Source: Octopus vulgaris (taxonomy: Eukaryota). Taken from it: a stretch of 64,000 nucleotides of DNA. Position 1 is the first letter of the stretch. Every line of letters starts with the position of its first letter. The notes below the pieces were generated by a model. It worked only from the letters and a program-made list of their open reading frames with translations, ran no database searches and was not told the origin of the DNA. A program made the translations under genes and the position numbers. The stretch lies in the NCBI GenBank assembly GCA_951406725.2, contig OX597814.1:79546001-79610000 (forward strand), in the 5' to 3' direction. Positions 39,110 through 54,230 of this stretch are shown here, one piece after another.

Positions 39110-39207
<98 letters not shown>

Positions 39208-39411
39208 CTTCTCTCATTTGGCAAGATCCATGAGTTTAACACGAGTTGGCAAACGGCGCATTACATTAGAGAAGAGAAGTAGCCAGTGTGAATATGAACA
39301 GGCGATATTCTAAAAATTGACAAGTCTCTTGGTTATTGAAAAGAAACACATAAACAGGACTTGCCAACTCGTAAAACTAGCGTTGCCCAGCAATGAATTA
39401 GTTGAGAAAGG

Positions 39412-39501
<90 letters not shown>

Positions 39502-39984
39502 ACACATACGAACACATGAACAGACACATATGCACAGATACATACACACGCAGACATATATACACACACACACACACATACATATATATAGTCAAAAGTA
39601 ATATAGATATACATAGTGTATGCACTTGTGGGTGTGTAGATGTGTGTGTGTGCGTACGTGCGTTTATGTATATATATGTATGTATTTATATATGTATATA
39701 CATATATTTGTATGTGTATATATATATACGCATACATACATACATATAGATAGATACATAGATAGATAAAATGATAGACAGACAAACAGACAGACAGATA
39801 GATAGAAAGAGAGAAAATATATGCAAATATATTCACATACAGTGCGTCTCAGAAGTAACACCTAATTTTAAAATACATCTATTGTTGCACTAAACAATGA
39901 ACAAACCTTTAAACAATTATTACTTCGAAAATTTTAAATCAGATATCACATCTGAGACAGAGTTATAAGTGTTATGTGTATGCG

Positions 39985-40017
<33 letters not shown>

Positions 40018-40040
40018 TTATATATATATATATGTATACA

Positions 40041-40074
<34 letters not shown>

Positions 40075-40321
40075 CATATATATATTTATGAATGATTGCG
40101 TTTGTAAATGCATATGTATATGTATGACTCTCTCTCTCTCTATTTCTCTCTCCTTCTCGCTCTCCTTCTCTGTCTCTCTACTACACACACATATATATAT
40201 ATATTTTTTATTGCATGTTGATATTATACAATATACAAGTGTATATGCATGTATGTACGCACACATACATATAAATATATGTATATATATGTATGTTTGT
40301 ATGTATGTACACAGTCATAGT

Positions 40322-40352
<31 letters not shown>

Positions 40353-40742
40353 CAGCGGGAGGATAAAGAGAGAGAGAGAAAGAAATTGTATGAGAGAGAA
40401 AGTGAAGAAGATACGTAGATGGGTGGAGACATATAGAGGTAAAACATGCATTCATAGATATTAAGATTGATAAGAAGATAAATTGAGTGTGTGGGAGAAT
40501 AGATAGATCAATAAATCGATCTATGCATGCATAAATAGTACAATAGATAGATAAAGAGTGCAAACTAGTGTACGTGTGTGTGAGAGAAAAGATATGTGAA
40601 GAGATAGATGAGGTTAGAGAAAGTGAAAGTGAAAGTAAGAACAAGATAATACTTGCGTGAGAGTAATTCAGAAGAGGCTAGACCAATGGAGCATTAGATA
40701 GATAAATGGGTAGGTAGGTAGGTAGGTAGGTAGGTAGGTAGG

Positions 40743-40807
<65 letters not shown>

Positions 40808-41097
40808 TAAGTGGCGGAAAGTTGCAAGTGAGCAATGCCATATATATGATATACTTGACAGAACCGGGAATATGTGATTGTGTGATAATGTGTGTGTTTT
40901 TGTGAGTGTGTGTGCGTGTGCTTACGTATATGCCGTTACGAATACCTTGAGGAACTCAGTTGAATCAAGAAGGAACAATGAAATGTTATTCTTCAATACA
41001 GTTTCATTCTTTATGGTGTTTTGCTCAGTCGGCCCAACAATAAATATAACTAATATATACATATATAAATACACACACAAACACACATATGTACATA

Positions 41098-41178
<81 letters not shown>

Positions 41179-41360
41179 GAGCAGAAATATTTGTGTCCAT
41201 TAACAAATAAATTCCTATTTATGTGATACGGTGACAGCGCTTGAATATTGCTGCACATTATATGTACGCATGTTAGTGCCTATATGTCTATCAATCTACA
41301 TACCGAATTTTCTATCAACTGTATGTGGGTGTACTTGTGTTCGTCTGTCATCCGAATAAA

Positions 41361-41460
<100 letters not shown>

Positions 41461-42593
41461 CAGATAGATAACCATATACAAAAACTAATATTACATTGAA
41501 AGCAGATGCTTTCCCAAGGTAGACACATCCCCATGCTACATATGGGATCGAATTCAAAGGTACTCAGTTGCAAGACAACTATCTTACCTACACGACCATG
41601 CCTGCAGACATTTAAGTCATCTTTCCTCATAATTGCTCCGAAAGAATAACGAAGCACTTAATAGAACATCAAATACAAAGGATTCAGTTACGGAATTGTG
41701 ACCATATCTAAATATCACCGTTCAATATGTTGGCAATTCAAATATTTTCTAAGATCCACTTTGCCTTTCATAATTTCGGCATCGATAAAATAAGTACTAG
41801 TTGAGCTCTGGGGTCGATTTTATTAACTTACCCTCTTCCCTGAACTTGCTGACCTTGTGCTAAAATTAGAAGCCAATTATAAAAATCTGGTCCATGACTG
41901 CTAATTGTTTTATTAACCTTGAATAAACGAAAGGCAAAATCTACCTGGTCTACATTTGAACTCAGAACATAAGAGATGCAGACGACTACCTCTTAAGGTT
42001 CTGTTTGACTCTCTACCAACGACTGCTAGTCATCTTAATATATATGCTTCGCATTGTTAATAGTTAACATTAGGGTTTTTTATCTTGGCCTACTTTGGGT
42101 CATTATAATTCAGGTCTTTTTTGGCATATATTTTTCCTTGTGGCCTGATTCATGTATATTGTTTATATGACAACATTGAGTGATCTATTGCTCCATTCGA
42201 CTTATATGGCTATAAAATTAATGATGGTAGTTCTATTAATGGTTCTACACATCTGGTAAAAACGAAGCTTCAAGCTGTAGATGAAAAGTGTCAACAGGCG
42301 ATAAGCAACCAAATGTTGGTGCTAGATGAAAAACAACACCGTGCGATCTGTTCCTGCCTAAAGGATTCAGTCAGCCAGCTTAACAAACATATATGCTGCT
42401 TAAGATTCTTTATTAGCCACGGAAGCAGAGATTATTTGTTCAGAGTAGGGATCAGGATATCTTACTTAACTTGGTTACTCTGTAAGAAAACTATAATACT
42501 GCGGTATTTGTCTTACGAAGCCATTTCGTGTAGAAGTATAGTGCTAAGAAGCATAGCAATATCAGTAGCAGACAAAAGGCCTCCTGCAGCTGC

Positions 42594-42656
42594 AGTGGAA
42601 TGGCTAGATTCCGGCATTTCTGCACATTTGCGCGTCATCAGTAGCAAGTATCCACT
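42594..42656 (-). ncRNA. Type I hammerhead ribozyme with extended, internally bulged stem I
   Basis: Minus strand: AGTGGA-TACTT-GCTA-CTGATGA-C-GCGC-AAAT-GTGC-A-GAAA-TGCCGGAA-TC-TAGC-CAT-TCCACT; AUC cleavage triplet with the C at 42607. Confidence 0.85.
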
Positions 42657-42757
42657 ATCAACCACATGCTTAGACAAATTTCACTGCTACTGATATAGAG
42701 AAAACACTGATTAACAAGCCATTCATGACGCATATTGCTGGAGGGCTGAGTAAAAAT

Positions 42758-43100
42758 TTCTTAGTTAGAGACAGAAGCAACATTTGCTCTGAATAACTTG
42801 CACTCCGTCGATTACAACAACGAGGGTTCCAGTTGATCCGATAAACGGAACAGCCTGCTCGTGAAATGAACGTGCATGTAACTGAGCACCCAACAGACAC
42901 ATATACACTTAACGTGGTTCTCAGAGAGCTTCAGCGTGACACAAGATGCGACACGGCTGGCTCTTCGAAATACAGGTACTACTCATTTTTGCCAGCTGAG
43001 TGCACTAGAGCAGCGTCAAATAAATTGTCTTGCTCAAGGACACAACTTGTCGCCGGGAATTGAACTTACGACCTTACGATTGTGAGCCGAATACCCTAAC
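42758..43100 (-). mobile_element. tRNA-derived SINE family C
   Basis: Minus strand: GTTAGGGTATTCGGCTCACAATCGTAAGGTCGTAAGTTCAATTCC (B box), then GTGTCCTTGAGCAAGAC central domain; a related diverged head lies at ~35160-35300. Confidence 0.75.
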
Positions 43101-43534
43101 CTACGTATATGCCAGTCATTTGGCTTTCTTACAGAATATCCACCTTAAGTAAGATATAGAGACCGGTGTTCTAGATATACTGCTTAATTTGAGATCATTA
43201 ATCAAACAGATCTCTCTCGTTATCACTCCTTAAGAGTTATATGTTTAATGACGTGCACACAAAAGACATTTATATATATAAAAGAACATGTGGTATATAA
43301 TTATTAATACCAGCTAATTTGTGTAAATGCTCTGTTACATCTGCATAAAGTATTATAGTTACAGAAGAAATATTCGTAAATTGTAACGTTTATACCTTAG
43401 TAGCGGTATTAATAGCTAAAATAAGAAACCAGGTCGCAACTTGCTTTATGTAGAACTAGTCATATGAACTAATGAACGGTAATGAATTAAAGCAATTTTT
43501 GACAGGCTAAATAAATGGCATACTTACTCGATGT

Positions 43535-43649
<115 letters not shown>

Positions 43650-44924
43650 CGTGTGTGTGTGTGTGTGTGTGTGTGTGATATTGAGAGGGAGAGAGAGAGA
43701 TACAAGGACGAAGCATTGTCATTAATTGCTTTGAATGTTATGCAAATTAAATTAAGCTATTATTTTTTCAACAATGCCTTTGTTTCATTTCGTCAAATGA
43801 ATTCATATTAAGATAAATTATGCTGATATGTATAGTGCTCGGTCACTGACATACGCTTCGTATTTTCGTATTTCTTTTGTTTTGTGTGAGCTGCTTGACT
43901 ATATTATCCAGCCTGTACAATCGAGCCAGTAATGAAGACCCACTACGATGGGATCATTCGGCCATACAGAAATAGCAATCAATTTCTTTTAAATACATTC
44001 TACCGTTAAAAATATAAAAATAAAAAAAATCAAAACAAAAGCAAAGAACATATTCAACAAAGTAGATGAACGACTTTGATTGTAGGCCTGCTCAATCAGA
44101 ATAAACCTGAGAACTAAACAACTACAATATGATTGTCGACTTTAACTTAATGAATCAGTAATTATGGTTCCATAACCCAAGTGTTATATTTATATTTGAC
44201 GACAACACTATCTCTAACTCACGTTTCTTGTTTAAGTTGGCTCTGATCGAGAATATCTATGATCAGAAGTATTCCAGTATTATCTGTCACAACCATGTTT
44301 TCTAAGTAGTTAGCATCCAGAACTGCATTACCCTGTACGATATATCCCTCCACTTTTAAGACGGTGGGGTTTGATTTGAAGAATAGTTGGCTGCTATTTC
44401 TAGATGGTTGAGAGCCTGCAAAAAGACTATCTTTTTTGCTCGCTTGTGATCTATACTTCTGTCAGTTGCCTGAGGTCGGTGGATCACGGTGTTGATTGAG
44501 AGATTGTAAACACGTACATACGACTGAGTTTTCTCTCTATCACCTTTCAACCCTCATCGCTGCTATCTAAAAGAACTATTCTCTTCAACATTCATTTTCT
44601 TTCCACTGACCTTCAAACCTCTTTCCTTCTCAATCTTCCCATCCTCTCTGTTAAAAGAAACAACAATTCATGCAATCTTGTCAGAACAATTAACAACATG
44701 ACGCGTTCAAATATTCTCTACGTGCTCTCTACGCTACACGTGTCTCATTATTTCCAGCAACGCACTCACAAACGGTCCCACAAGCTCCATTTCAAGTCAC
44801 TTACCGCTTTACCTGTACCTCTAGCAACATTATTTATTGTATCACTTCTTCAAATCTCTACTTGTGGGAAACTGGCTCTTTTGGGGAAGGTTTTACAGGA
44901 GAGTTTCTTGACGTCATAGTAACA

Positions 44925-45280
44925 TCCAGTTTAGTTTAGTGTAGTTTGACCGTCCTCCTGGACGCTTCAATGATTTCACGTGATCAGGCCATCCATCATG
45001 GTCTCCCATGCATGTTCTTAATTCATCAACATTTACCATTCCACTGTCCTGAAGCAAGTTGTCCACATAGGTTAGACGTTATCTTCCACTACTGATTCTT
45101 CCTCCAACTGACTGTCACAAAACCAGTTCACTCATAGCTTCGGGTTGCTTGATGCAATGGCCAGCAATTCTCAGTCTGCTCTGCTGAAACTTCTCAATTA
45201 CTTTGGCTAGATCTTGATAAAGCTGCTCGTTGGTTAAATGAGCTCTCCATGTAACATTCAGAGCCGTTCTTGACATCCAA
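44925..45280 (-). pseudogene. RTE-type LINE 3' fragment
   Basis: Translates to RTALNVTWRAHLTNEQLY...RLRIAGHC...ELVL*...RLTYVDNL...ELRTCM.D..GW, followed by an (ACTAA)-like tail. Confidence 0.75.
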
Positions 45281-45799
45281 ACAACTTTTCAAACACATAA
45301 ATGGATATATTAATTCACTAGGTCACTCTTTAGGCCACTTCTCACTTTATAGTGTAACCTTACATTATCGTTTACATACTACCTGCAAGAATATGGAAAA
45401 ACAGTTCCAACTTTACCTTTGAAATTTCCACGCTTGCAGGCATTAATCAACGCCTTTCCATTGGGCTAGGTGAATTCTCTCCCTTTAATATGCTTACAAT
45501 TTGACACCTAATATTTTTCTCTTCTCTTCTCCTGGCCTTAACTGCTCCTTTCTTGGTATTCAGATTTGCAAGCGTTCTTCCTGATCATCTCATTTTTATC
45601 ACATCACCTAAACTCTACTCTCTCTCTTTCCCTCGCTTTTCAAATTTGCCAGATTTCTTGTTGATTATCTCATCTCGTTGACCGCTCTCCCCTTACTCAC
45701 ACGTGTTTCGCTTTGCGATTTCCCCGCCCCGCTTATTCATCACTACTCTCTTTTCTACTATCTATTATTCTCTCCGACTTTCTCGCTCCTGCCCCCTCT

Positions 45800-46008
45800 C
45801 TGTTACTCTATCTATCTGTCTGTCTGTTTGTCTGTCTGTTTCTCTTTCTTTCTCTCTGTCTATCTATATCTTTTTCTCTCTTCATCTATATCCCCGTCTC
45901 TGTCTTTGTTTTTCTCTCTTTTTCTGTCTCTCTCTCTCTTTCTTTCTCTCTATCTCGCTTTATCTCTTTCTTTCTCTGTCTGCCTGTCTGAGTGTCTCTG
46001 TCTGTCTG

Positions 46009-46053
<45 letters not shown>

Positions 46054-46102
46054 CTCTCTCTCTCCCTCTCTCTCTCTCTGTCTGTCTCTCTCTCTGTCTT
46101 TC

Positions 46103-46143
<41 letters not shown>

Positions 46144-46154
46144 GTCTCTCTCTC

Positions 46155-46195
<41 letters not shown>

Positions 46196-46214
46196 GTCTG
46201 TCTCTCTCTCTCTG

Positions 46215-46280
<66 letters not shown>
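45800..46280. repeat. (TC)n/(TCTG)n/(TG)n compound microsatellite
   Basis: Read directly. Confidence 0.95.
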
Positions 46281-46282
<2 letters not shown>

Positions 46283-47288
46283 TACTTCCAGTCAGTTTAA
46301 TCAGTGGCATCAGGAAACATTTTATATCTATCTCTGATGACATATCCTGTTCGAAACTTTAGATTTTTCCTCTTACAAGCAAACCAATTTATTTCACCAC
46401 TGAACAGTTTGTACTCGCTAATTGCCGATGCAGTACATCGACAGTTTCCTCTGATCCTACAGTTTAACTCTATGTTATTTACAGTAGTTGATTATTGTTG
46501 CTGTAAATAAAGTTAGTAGATCCACATGGGTTAATAATATTCTATAGAGCGTTATAGAGTCTCTTTTCAGTGTTTCTTAGTCAATGTATTTGTAATTTTA
46601 TAACTCTAGCTGCGTTGTTGATTTTTGAATAAAACTGTTTTCTGGGGAAAATGAATAAATATGATCTAATAATTGATATGAAGCCAACCAGTGACTTACA
46701 TAATAAGACGCAGTTTCTATTGTCATTTGAGTAAAAGTGAGACAGTCACAAGTCATAAGTAAAGCTTAGAAATGAATGAAACGACAGTAAAACAAATATT
46801 GAATCAGTGAGACCTTTCAAAGCAAGTTCCACCAGTCTACAATATATACAAATTTGTATGTTTGTCTTTTATTCTAATATTGATCTATCCTAAAATTGAT
46901 TTCTTTGATAGGCACAAAGCCTCAGATTTATAGAGGAAAAGGAATGGAAAATTGCAATGTTTGAATTCTTTATCAAAAAGACCAGCGACATAAATGAAAT
47001 GAAATGAAATAACTTAAAATTGAAAATCGAAACCGGATTGCTGCTTAGGACAGCCCTGAGTTTATCTCTATATTGCTGTTGTTGTTGTTTTTGTTGTTGC
47101 TGTTGCTGATTAGCATTGATCGAACTGACATGGTCATCCGCTCTTTATGCATATTAGGAACTACATAGTTATAAAAATCCATTATTTAGCCGATAAAGTG
47201 TCATTTGAAAGAGATTTGGCAAGTATTTTTAGCTGGTAGATATAGTGACTACGTGAAGGCACCATATTAGCTCCTTAACAAATAGAAA

Positions 47289-47334
<46 letters not shown>

Positions 47335-47486
47335 AAAAAAGTTGAAATGCAATTTAAACGATGTTTTTTATGTATGTATATATGTATGTATATATGTATG
47401 CTTTCTGCAATATAGGTCAGTAAAAACATTAAATATTCTGAGATGTACAAAAATATTTAATTTTTGTTAAACTGTATATATCAAAG

Positions 47487-47523
<37 letters not shown>

Positions 47524-47583
47524 ATGTGACAATTATGTATAACATTTTGTATGTATAACTTTTATAGCCGTTAGTATATATAT

Positions 47584-47669
<86 letters not shown>

Positions 47670-48989
47670 ATGTATATATATTGTTTTTTTTATATGTATA
47701 TATGTATATATATGTATGTATATATATTACATATGTAGATATCATTTGAATAAGGCATTCGTTATTATTAGTATAATGTTCACTATTTTGGGAACACCGA
47801 TTGTAAACTAATTACACAAAGATTTAAATGTTTGTTTTTGCTATAGGGTGACCTACTTCTGACTCGTACATTGACCTTCTTTTACTTCAGGCTAAAGAAA
47901 ACAGTGCTTATCAGTAGTAAGTTGCAGTTTTTGTTACTGTTGTTCTTTAAACATAGGTTAGTTTAATTACACAGACCCATTATCAACTGCGTTCCATTAA
48001 CAAACTACAAACAACGTAATAAAACAGTACCTTACACATTATAACAATGAGTACACAGACCAAACCCGCAGACAACATACACAATGGAAAAAAAAAAAAT
48101 CGCTCCTAACAATGAAACAACACATGGTTGTGCAAGGAGCACAGTTTGTTATCGGTTTTGTATATCATGGAATGCATTTGTCCAATGTGTCCTCTTAACA
48201 GTAGGGTTTGATTTGAAGAAGATTTAGCTGCTATTTGGACCCAGTAGCGCTCTTTGGTATTTTTATCTTCAGCAGTATATTATTATTGCTGCTGCTTAGT
48301 CCCATTTCTAAACAGCAGTCCCATGACAAGTAGGCAGGAAGTCCTATGACATGTAGGTAGGTAGTCGGGCAAGATGGTCTATTTCTACATGCCAGTGAAC
48401 AAGGTAGACGTGGTTACAACGCGGACGTCGTCCATCTGCATTTATTGTTGGTGGTGTGTAATCCAGCACTGTTTTCGATACTAATATTGTCAAATCTATA
48501 TCTACGTATATGCACCCCTTCTGCATGAATGGTAAAGACAGAGATTCCAATGCGTTTCTGCAACAAAAATCCTGTTGTAAATATGTCAGGGTACCTGATG
48601 GTTGATTTTCATATGATAATAAGTATTATAGCAGCAAAATGTGTTGCAACCACCCCGCGTCCACCCTCCACATAATTGTGGCCTTTCAATTTTGTGATTT
48701 TGTTCCATATTGTAGTTGGTCTATTGATGCAATTTGTTAACAACTTGTTTTGACTTGTTTTGTATTGTTTGTACTTTAGCATGTTTAGAAGAGACTGGCA
48801 CCCAAATATTATCCAAGCATTATCCACAAGTATTATCCATGAGGGATCTCAAGTATTATGTGTATATTATTATTGTTGTTTTTCTGATCTGCATACGTCG
48901 TCTCTTAAATGGAATTCTGTATACTTTACTTTCTTTGCAATGTCATCTCTGTGTTACAGATGTTGTAACTTATAATATTTTTGCATTCC

Positions 48990-49207
48990 AAGGCGGCGAG
49001 CTGGCAGAAACATTAGCACGCTGGGCGAAATGATTACCGGTATTTCGTCTGTCTTTACGTTCTGAATTCAAATTCCGCCGAGGTCGACTTCGCCTTTCAT
49101 TCTTTCGGAGTTGATAAATTATGTAATAGTTGCATACTGGGGTCGATCTAACCGACTGGCCCCACCTCTCCCAAAGTTACGGTCCTTGTGCCTAGAGTAG
49201 AAAAGAA
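48990..49207 (+). mobile_element. SINE family A, full length
   Basis: AAGGCGGCGAGCTGGCAGAAACATTAGCACG...AATTCAAATTCCGCCGAGGTCGAC...CCTTGTGCCTAGAGTAGAAAAG. Confidence 0.88.
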
Positions 49208-49778
49208 TATTTTTGCATTCTGTATGTGCTGCGTATTTATATTGTTGGGTGTGGATATGGGTTGTATTTTGTGTTCACTGCTGATGCTAGTAAGAAAGAA
49301 AAGCAAAAAAATTGGTAATGTATTGTCGTAGAAAATGGTATCTAGGCGTTTTAAGAAGGATGTAAGAAGTTGTGCAGCAGTATGTGGTGAACTGTGAGTA
49401 AAATTAGATAAAGGGAAACTGTACAGAAATCTGTCGGTTGGTTTGCAGCTGTAGTTTAAAAAGCATAGCTTTATCACGTACTGCTTCCCGCTGATTTAAC
49501 ACAAGAATTATTTTAAGTGTAGACATGTCGGTGAATTGTTTAGCCACTCGGACGTTAATTCAGGAGCAGATAACTCAGTTGATCTAATAGCTGAATCCTC
49601 ATATATCACCATCATATTTTTAACTTGTTTCAGTAATTTGATTGCGACCATGCTGAGGCACCGCCTTAAAGGGTTTTAATCGAAAAATCGATCCCAGTAC
49701 TTATTTTTTGTTAAATCTGGTACTTATTCTATTGGTCTCTTTATAGATAAATAAATAAATAGATAGACAGATAGATAC

Positions 49779-49871
<93 letters not shown>

Positions 49872-50599
49872 AAGAGGCAGACAGACAGAAAGATGCACAG
49901 ACACATAGGGACAGGGAGAGAGAACTAGATAAATAGTGAATTAAAAAATAATTTTATTACGAATTTTCTTGCGCTGCAAGAGAGAGATTTGAAATATGCA
50001 TTTCAATCCATATCTTGCAAAATCTAATTCTCTATCGTTAATATACAGTCATTTTTCCGTTCAATAATATCTAAATTCAGAGTTGCAGATATTTACGATT
50101 AGTTTGTTGTTTATATCTACAAACCAACCAATTTTTTCTGTAATATTATAGTACATTGGTTTTGTTATCTCACTCATAGCTGAAAGATATGTATTAAGTT
50201 GATTTCATATTGATATAGCTTATGAATTAAACCTCAACCAGACGAGCCGATATAGTGTCTGACAATAGGCCGTAAGGTCGGTGGATTGTAGCCGACCAAC
50301 GGTGCAGCGTTGTGTCAGTGATTAAGACCTTTAACATTCTTCATGGTTGAAGCTGACTATATGTATGTACTAGAAGCAGATATAACTCACCATTGTGATC
50401 AGTGAGAGGAACGTGTAACTAGCCAGTGTTTTGTTAGTAATTTTTTATGTTCATTTTATCTTCTCCCATGTGCTTGGATTAGATAACCAGACCGTATTGC
50501 CACATATTTGAAGATATCATAAAAGAAGCCAGATCACCAGGAGTTTAATCAACGTAAGCTACGTTGTGAATTTTATAAAGCTTATAGAAAATGGATGTC

Positions 50600-51228
50600 T
50601 ACAACAACAGTAAAAACAACAACAGCAACGACAACAAGGAAACCATCTCGGAAAATGAGAACAACAAATGCAGCGACAACAGCAACACCCACGCAAACAA
50701 CAATGACAACAATAACAACACCTCTATTCCGCCGCCATCACCACCATCACAAACTCTACCACCATTACTACCATTATCACCATTACCACTATCACTACTA
50801 CACACCACCACCACCACCACCACCACCACTAACAACAACAACAGAAGCAGGAACGACTCTATCAGTAACAACAGCATCAGCATCATCATTATCACTATCA
50901 ATACTACCAACGTTACCAACGTTACCAGCGCTACCAGCGCTACCACCTTCACCAACATCGACAGCAACAGGAACACAACTCTACCACTGCAGCCATCACC
51001 AACCTCCACCACCAACAATACCACCACCAACAACAACAACGGCAGCAACAACAACAACTACTACTACTACTATAACATCAACTGCTGCAGCAACATCACC
51101 ATGGGCACTAAAAACAACAACAACTGCAATAACCACCATCACCACCTCTAATAACAAGAACAAGAACAACAACAACCACACCGCCGACGCCGCTATCAAT
51201 AACAACAGCAGCAGCAGTAGCAGCATAT
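50600..51228. repeat. Degenerate trinucleotide (CAA/CAC/CAG/TAC) low-complexity tract
   Basis: Read directly; ORFs are open in several frames only because the repeat lacks stops. Confidence 0.85.
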
Positions 51229-51704
51229 TTCACCAATATTTATTAATGCTATCGATATCTATTCTTTTCTACGTTACTGTTGTATTTGTAGGAGTACCCT
51301 TCTAGATTAGTCTTTATGCTACTTCATCAGGTTTCTTTGGAAAGCAATGTATAATTTATATTCATTTCAAGAGAGCTGAAGATTGCTTCTTCCGAGGCAA
51401 CAATTGTTGATAGATTTTGCTGTATTGGAATTCTTATCTCTTTCAATAACGAAATATTTACCTGACTGAAGCTAATCAATGCATATTCTTCCAAATGGGA
51501 GTTCTTTGTTCAAAACAGCCTGCATTTCCTATCTATGTTGACGTAGGTTCCTGTAGCAAACACCTCTATATAATTTGATTAAATCAAAATTCAGCTGACT
51601 GCTAACGTTGATTTGTCCTACTGCATTTTGACGTCAATTTTTAAAGAATTTATTTGCTAATCTCAACATATTATTATTGACTATCATCATCATCATCATC
51701 ATCA

Positions 51705-51767
<63 letters not shown>

Positions 51768-51917
51768 TTCGCATCTACTGTGCTCCTGTATACCTTCTGG
51801 AGGAGTTACATCAATCCTATAAAATATTACCAAAAATGAAGTAGATTGACAAGTTTAATTTTTGAACCTGTGGAAGGTACACTAGATGCCGAATATCGTT
51901 CACTTAATCCTATAAAA

Positions 51918-52004
<87 letters not shown>

Positions 52005-52395
52005 CATCATCATCATCAGCATCACAATCATCATATATATTTATTTTGGTTTGGGTTCACAAAAAATATATTCTGACTTAAATTGTCTTATATATGCTTC
52101 TGTGATACAAAACAGCATTCATTACTATCTTCGATTGTACTATTTATATATATTTATTCACCGTAACGATCCCCACCACCAAAAAAGGAAAGAAAAATGT
52201 ATGAAACATTCATTTTAAGACAAAAACTTAAAACAATCAAGTCACATGTTGAACATATTAAATGTCCCATTGTTCAGGAAATGTATGTTTCATGTAAATT
52301 ATATAGGCAAATATATATATATATCAATGAATCAACTTCCACATGTATAAATTAAGACGTACAAATATATGTATGTGCATACATACATACATTCA

Positions 52396-52459
<64 letters not shown>

Positions 52460-52489
52460 AATATATATATATATATCGTTGCTATAATG

Positions 52490-52990
52490 TTAAACTGTCA
52501 TATATCCAAATAGGGAGGTTCGATAAACGGGGTCATGCCATTTTTTATCAAAAGCATTATGGTTTGAACTTAACGCGGTGTGCGCAGGCGAATTGTCGTG
52601 ATGAAGGCACCACTCTCCACTTTGCCACTGGTCGGGGCATTTTCCTCTTAACGCATCTCGCAAAGTAAAATGTCTAGTTAACAATTTGACCAGAAGGAAC
52701 AAATTCTGTCTGGACAATTCCTTTTGCATCGATGAAACAAATCAGTATCGCCTTGACATTAGACTTCATTTGACGTGCTTTTGGGGGGCGTGGTGACATT
52801 AAATGTTTCCATTAACTTGATTGCTACTTCGTTTCCGGGTCGTAGCCGTAGCACCAGCTTTCCTCACCAGTGATGACTTTCTAAAACAGGTCCGGATCAA
52901 CTGCTAGCCGTTCGTTCAGTTCACAACACGCATTCGGTCGTGACTGCTTTTGATCTTCCGTGAGCAAGCGAGGCAGAAATTTTGCTGCAA
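52490..52990 (-). mobile_element. Mariner transposase remnant
   Basis: Fragments KVITGEESWCYGYDPETK and LRDALRGKCPDQWQSGEWCLHHDNSPAHTA (DDD-domain motifs). Confidence 0.8.
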
Positions 52991-53154
52991 CTTTTTTCAT
53001 TCATAATTCCTTGCTCAAAAATCGTTGGCAGGAGCTGGGCTGGATTTGTTTGATTGAAACTCTTTGGAACTAAGCTCCAGCATGGTCTCAGTTCAAAGAC
53101 TGAACCAAAAATAAAAATCACCTACCTTTGCATCTCTCTCTCTCTTTCTCTGCA

Positions 53155-53191
<37 letters not shown>

Positions 53192-53237
53192 CAAGTCAAA
53201 AATAGAAAATGCTAAAATAATTTTATAGTGAACATTT

Positions 53238-53275
53238 CAGTACCGGTTTCGGTCATTTTGAGACCTTTTCAACTG
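53238..53275 (-). ncRNA. Type I hammerhead ribozyme, U3:A8 covariant core
   Basis: Minus strand: CAG-TTGAAAA-GGTC-TCAAAAT-GACC-GAAA-CCGG-TA-CTG; all three stems pair; palindromic ACCGGT stem III; GUA cleavage triplet. Confidence 0.8.
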
Positions 53276-53932
53276 TAACGATTAAATAATTAAATTTAGA
53301 AAAATTAGAAGTTGGGGAGTGTCATATTGTCTTAATGCTTTATTATCTAACACACTCACTGGTTCGATTTCCACTCATGTATTATTTATATTTTTTCTTC
53401 TGAAATTTTCATTGTGTGTCGGAAGTCGTTGTGAGTTCTTGGAAGGGTAGTAGAGGAAGAAGGCTGGTGGGGAAAGGGGGATGGGAGAATCTGGGTGTGC
53501 CCTGATGGTCGTATTTTGAATGGTCAGTGGCGGCTGGCAGTCTCAGTTCAATTCAGGAGAATATTTATATTGACAGGCTTGTTTATAGAATTAGCGTAGG
53601 TGTTATACTAAAAAACATTAGTGACAAAGTTAAGGGGTAGGGGGTGGAGAAGTAGAAGAAGAAGAAGAAGAAGAAGAAGAAGAAGAAGAAGAAGAAGATT
53701 TATCCCCCCCACCACCACCACCACCATGACCGCCCCGAAATCCAATATGGTGGTTTGATGATTATGACGACGATGATGATGATAATGATGATGATGAAGA
53801 AGAAGAAGAAGAAGAAGAAGAAGAAGAAGAAGAAGAAGAAGAAGAAGGAGAAGGAGAAGATGGTGGTGATGATCGGTCTCTTTTGCCGAACCGTGGTGTC
53901 AAGCAATGACAAACACAGACACACAAACACAT

Positions 53933-54050
<118 letters not shown>

Positions 54051-54196
54051 TATGATATGTGTTTGTATGTGTGTGTACACACACATACAGGCGCATATGT
54101 GCACATATGCACACATATACACATGTATACACACATACACATGCATACATGTGCACACGTACACATACATACGTGTACATACATACATACATCCAT

Positions 54197-54230
<34 letters not shown>

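Noticed and set aside
43040-43100. tRNA-like sequence (also the heads at 55480-55540 and 27810)
   Set aside because: These are SINE heads; no complete cloverleaf or acceptor stem.
46330-46364. ATCT-CTGATGA...GAAA-CT-TT-AGAT hammerhead-like motif
   Set aside because: Stem I fits but stem II needs an assumed 3-nt deletion; counted only as a decayed candidate, not as a feature.
47843-47895. Minus-strand CTGAAGT...GAAG hammerhead-like motif
   Set aside because: Two core positions wrong and no stem II.
50591-51305. Long N/T/H/P-rich ORFs
   Set aside because: Degenerate trinucleotide tract open in several frames and on both strands; no domain or clear splice context.
51370-51415. CTGAAGA plus 7-bp hairpin plus CAATTG
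   Set aside because: No GAAA and no stem I.
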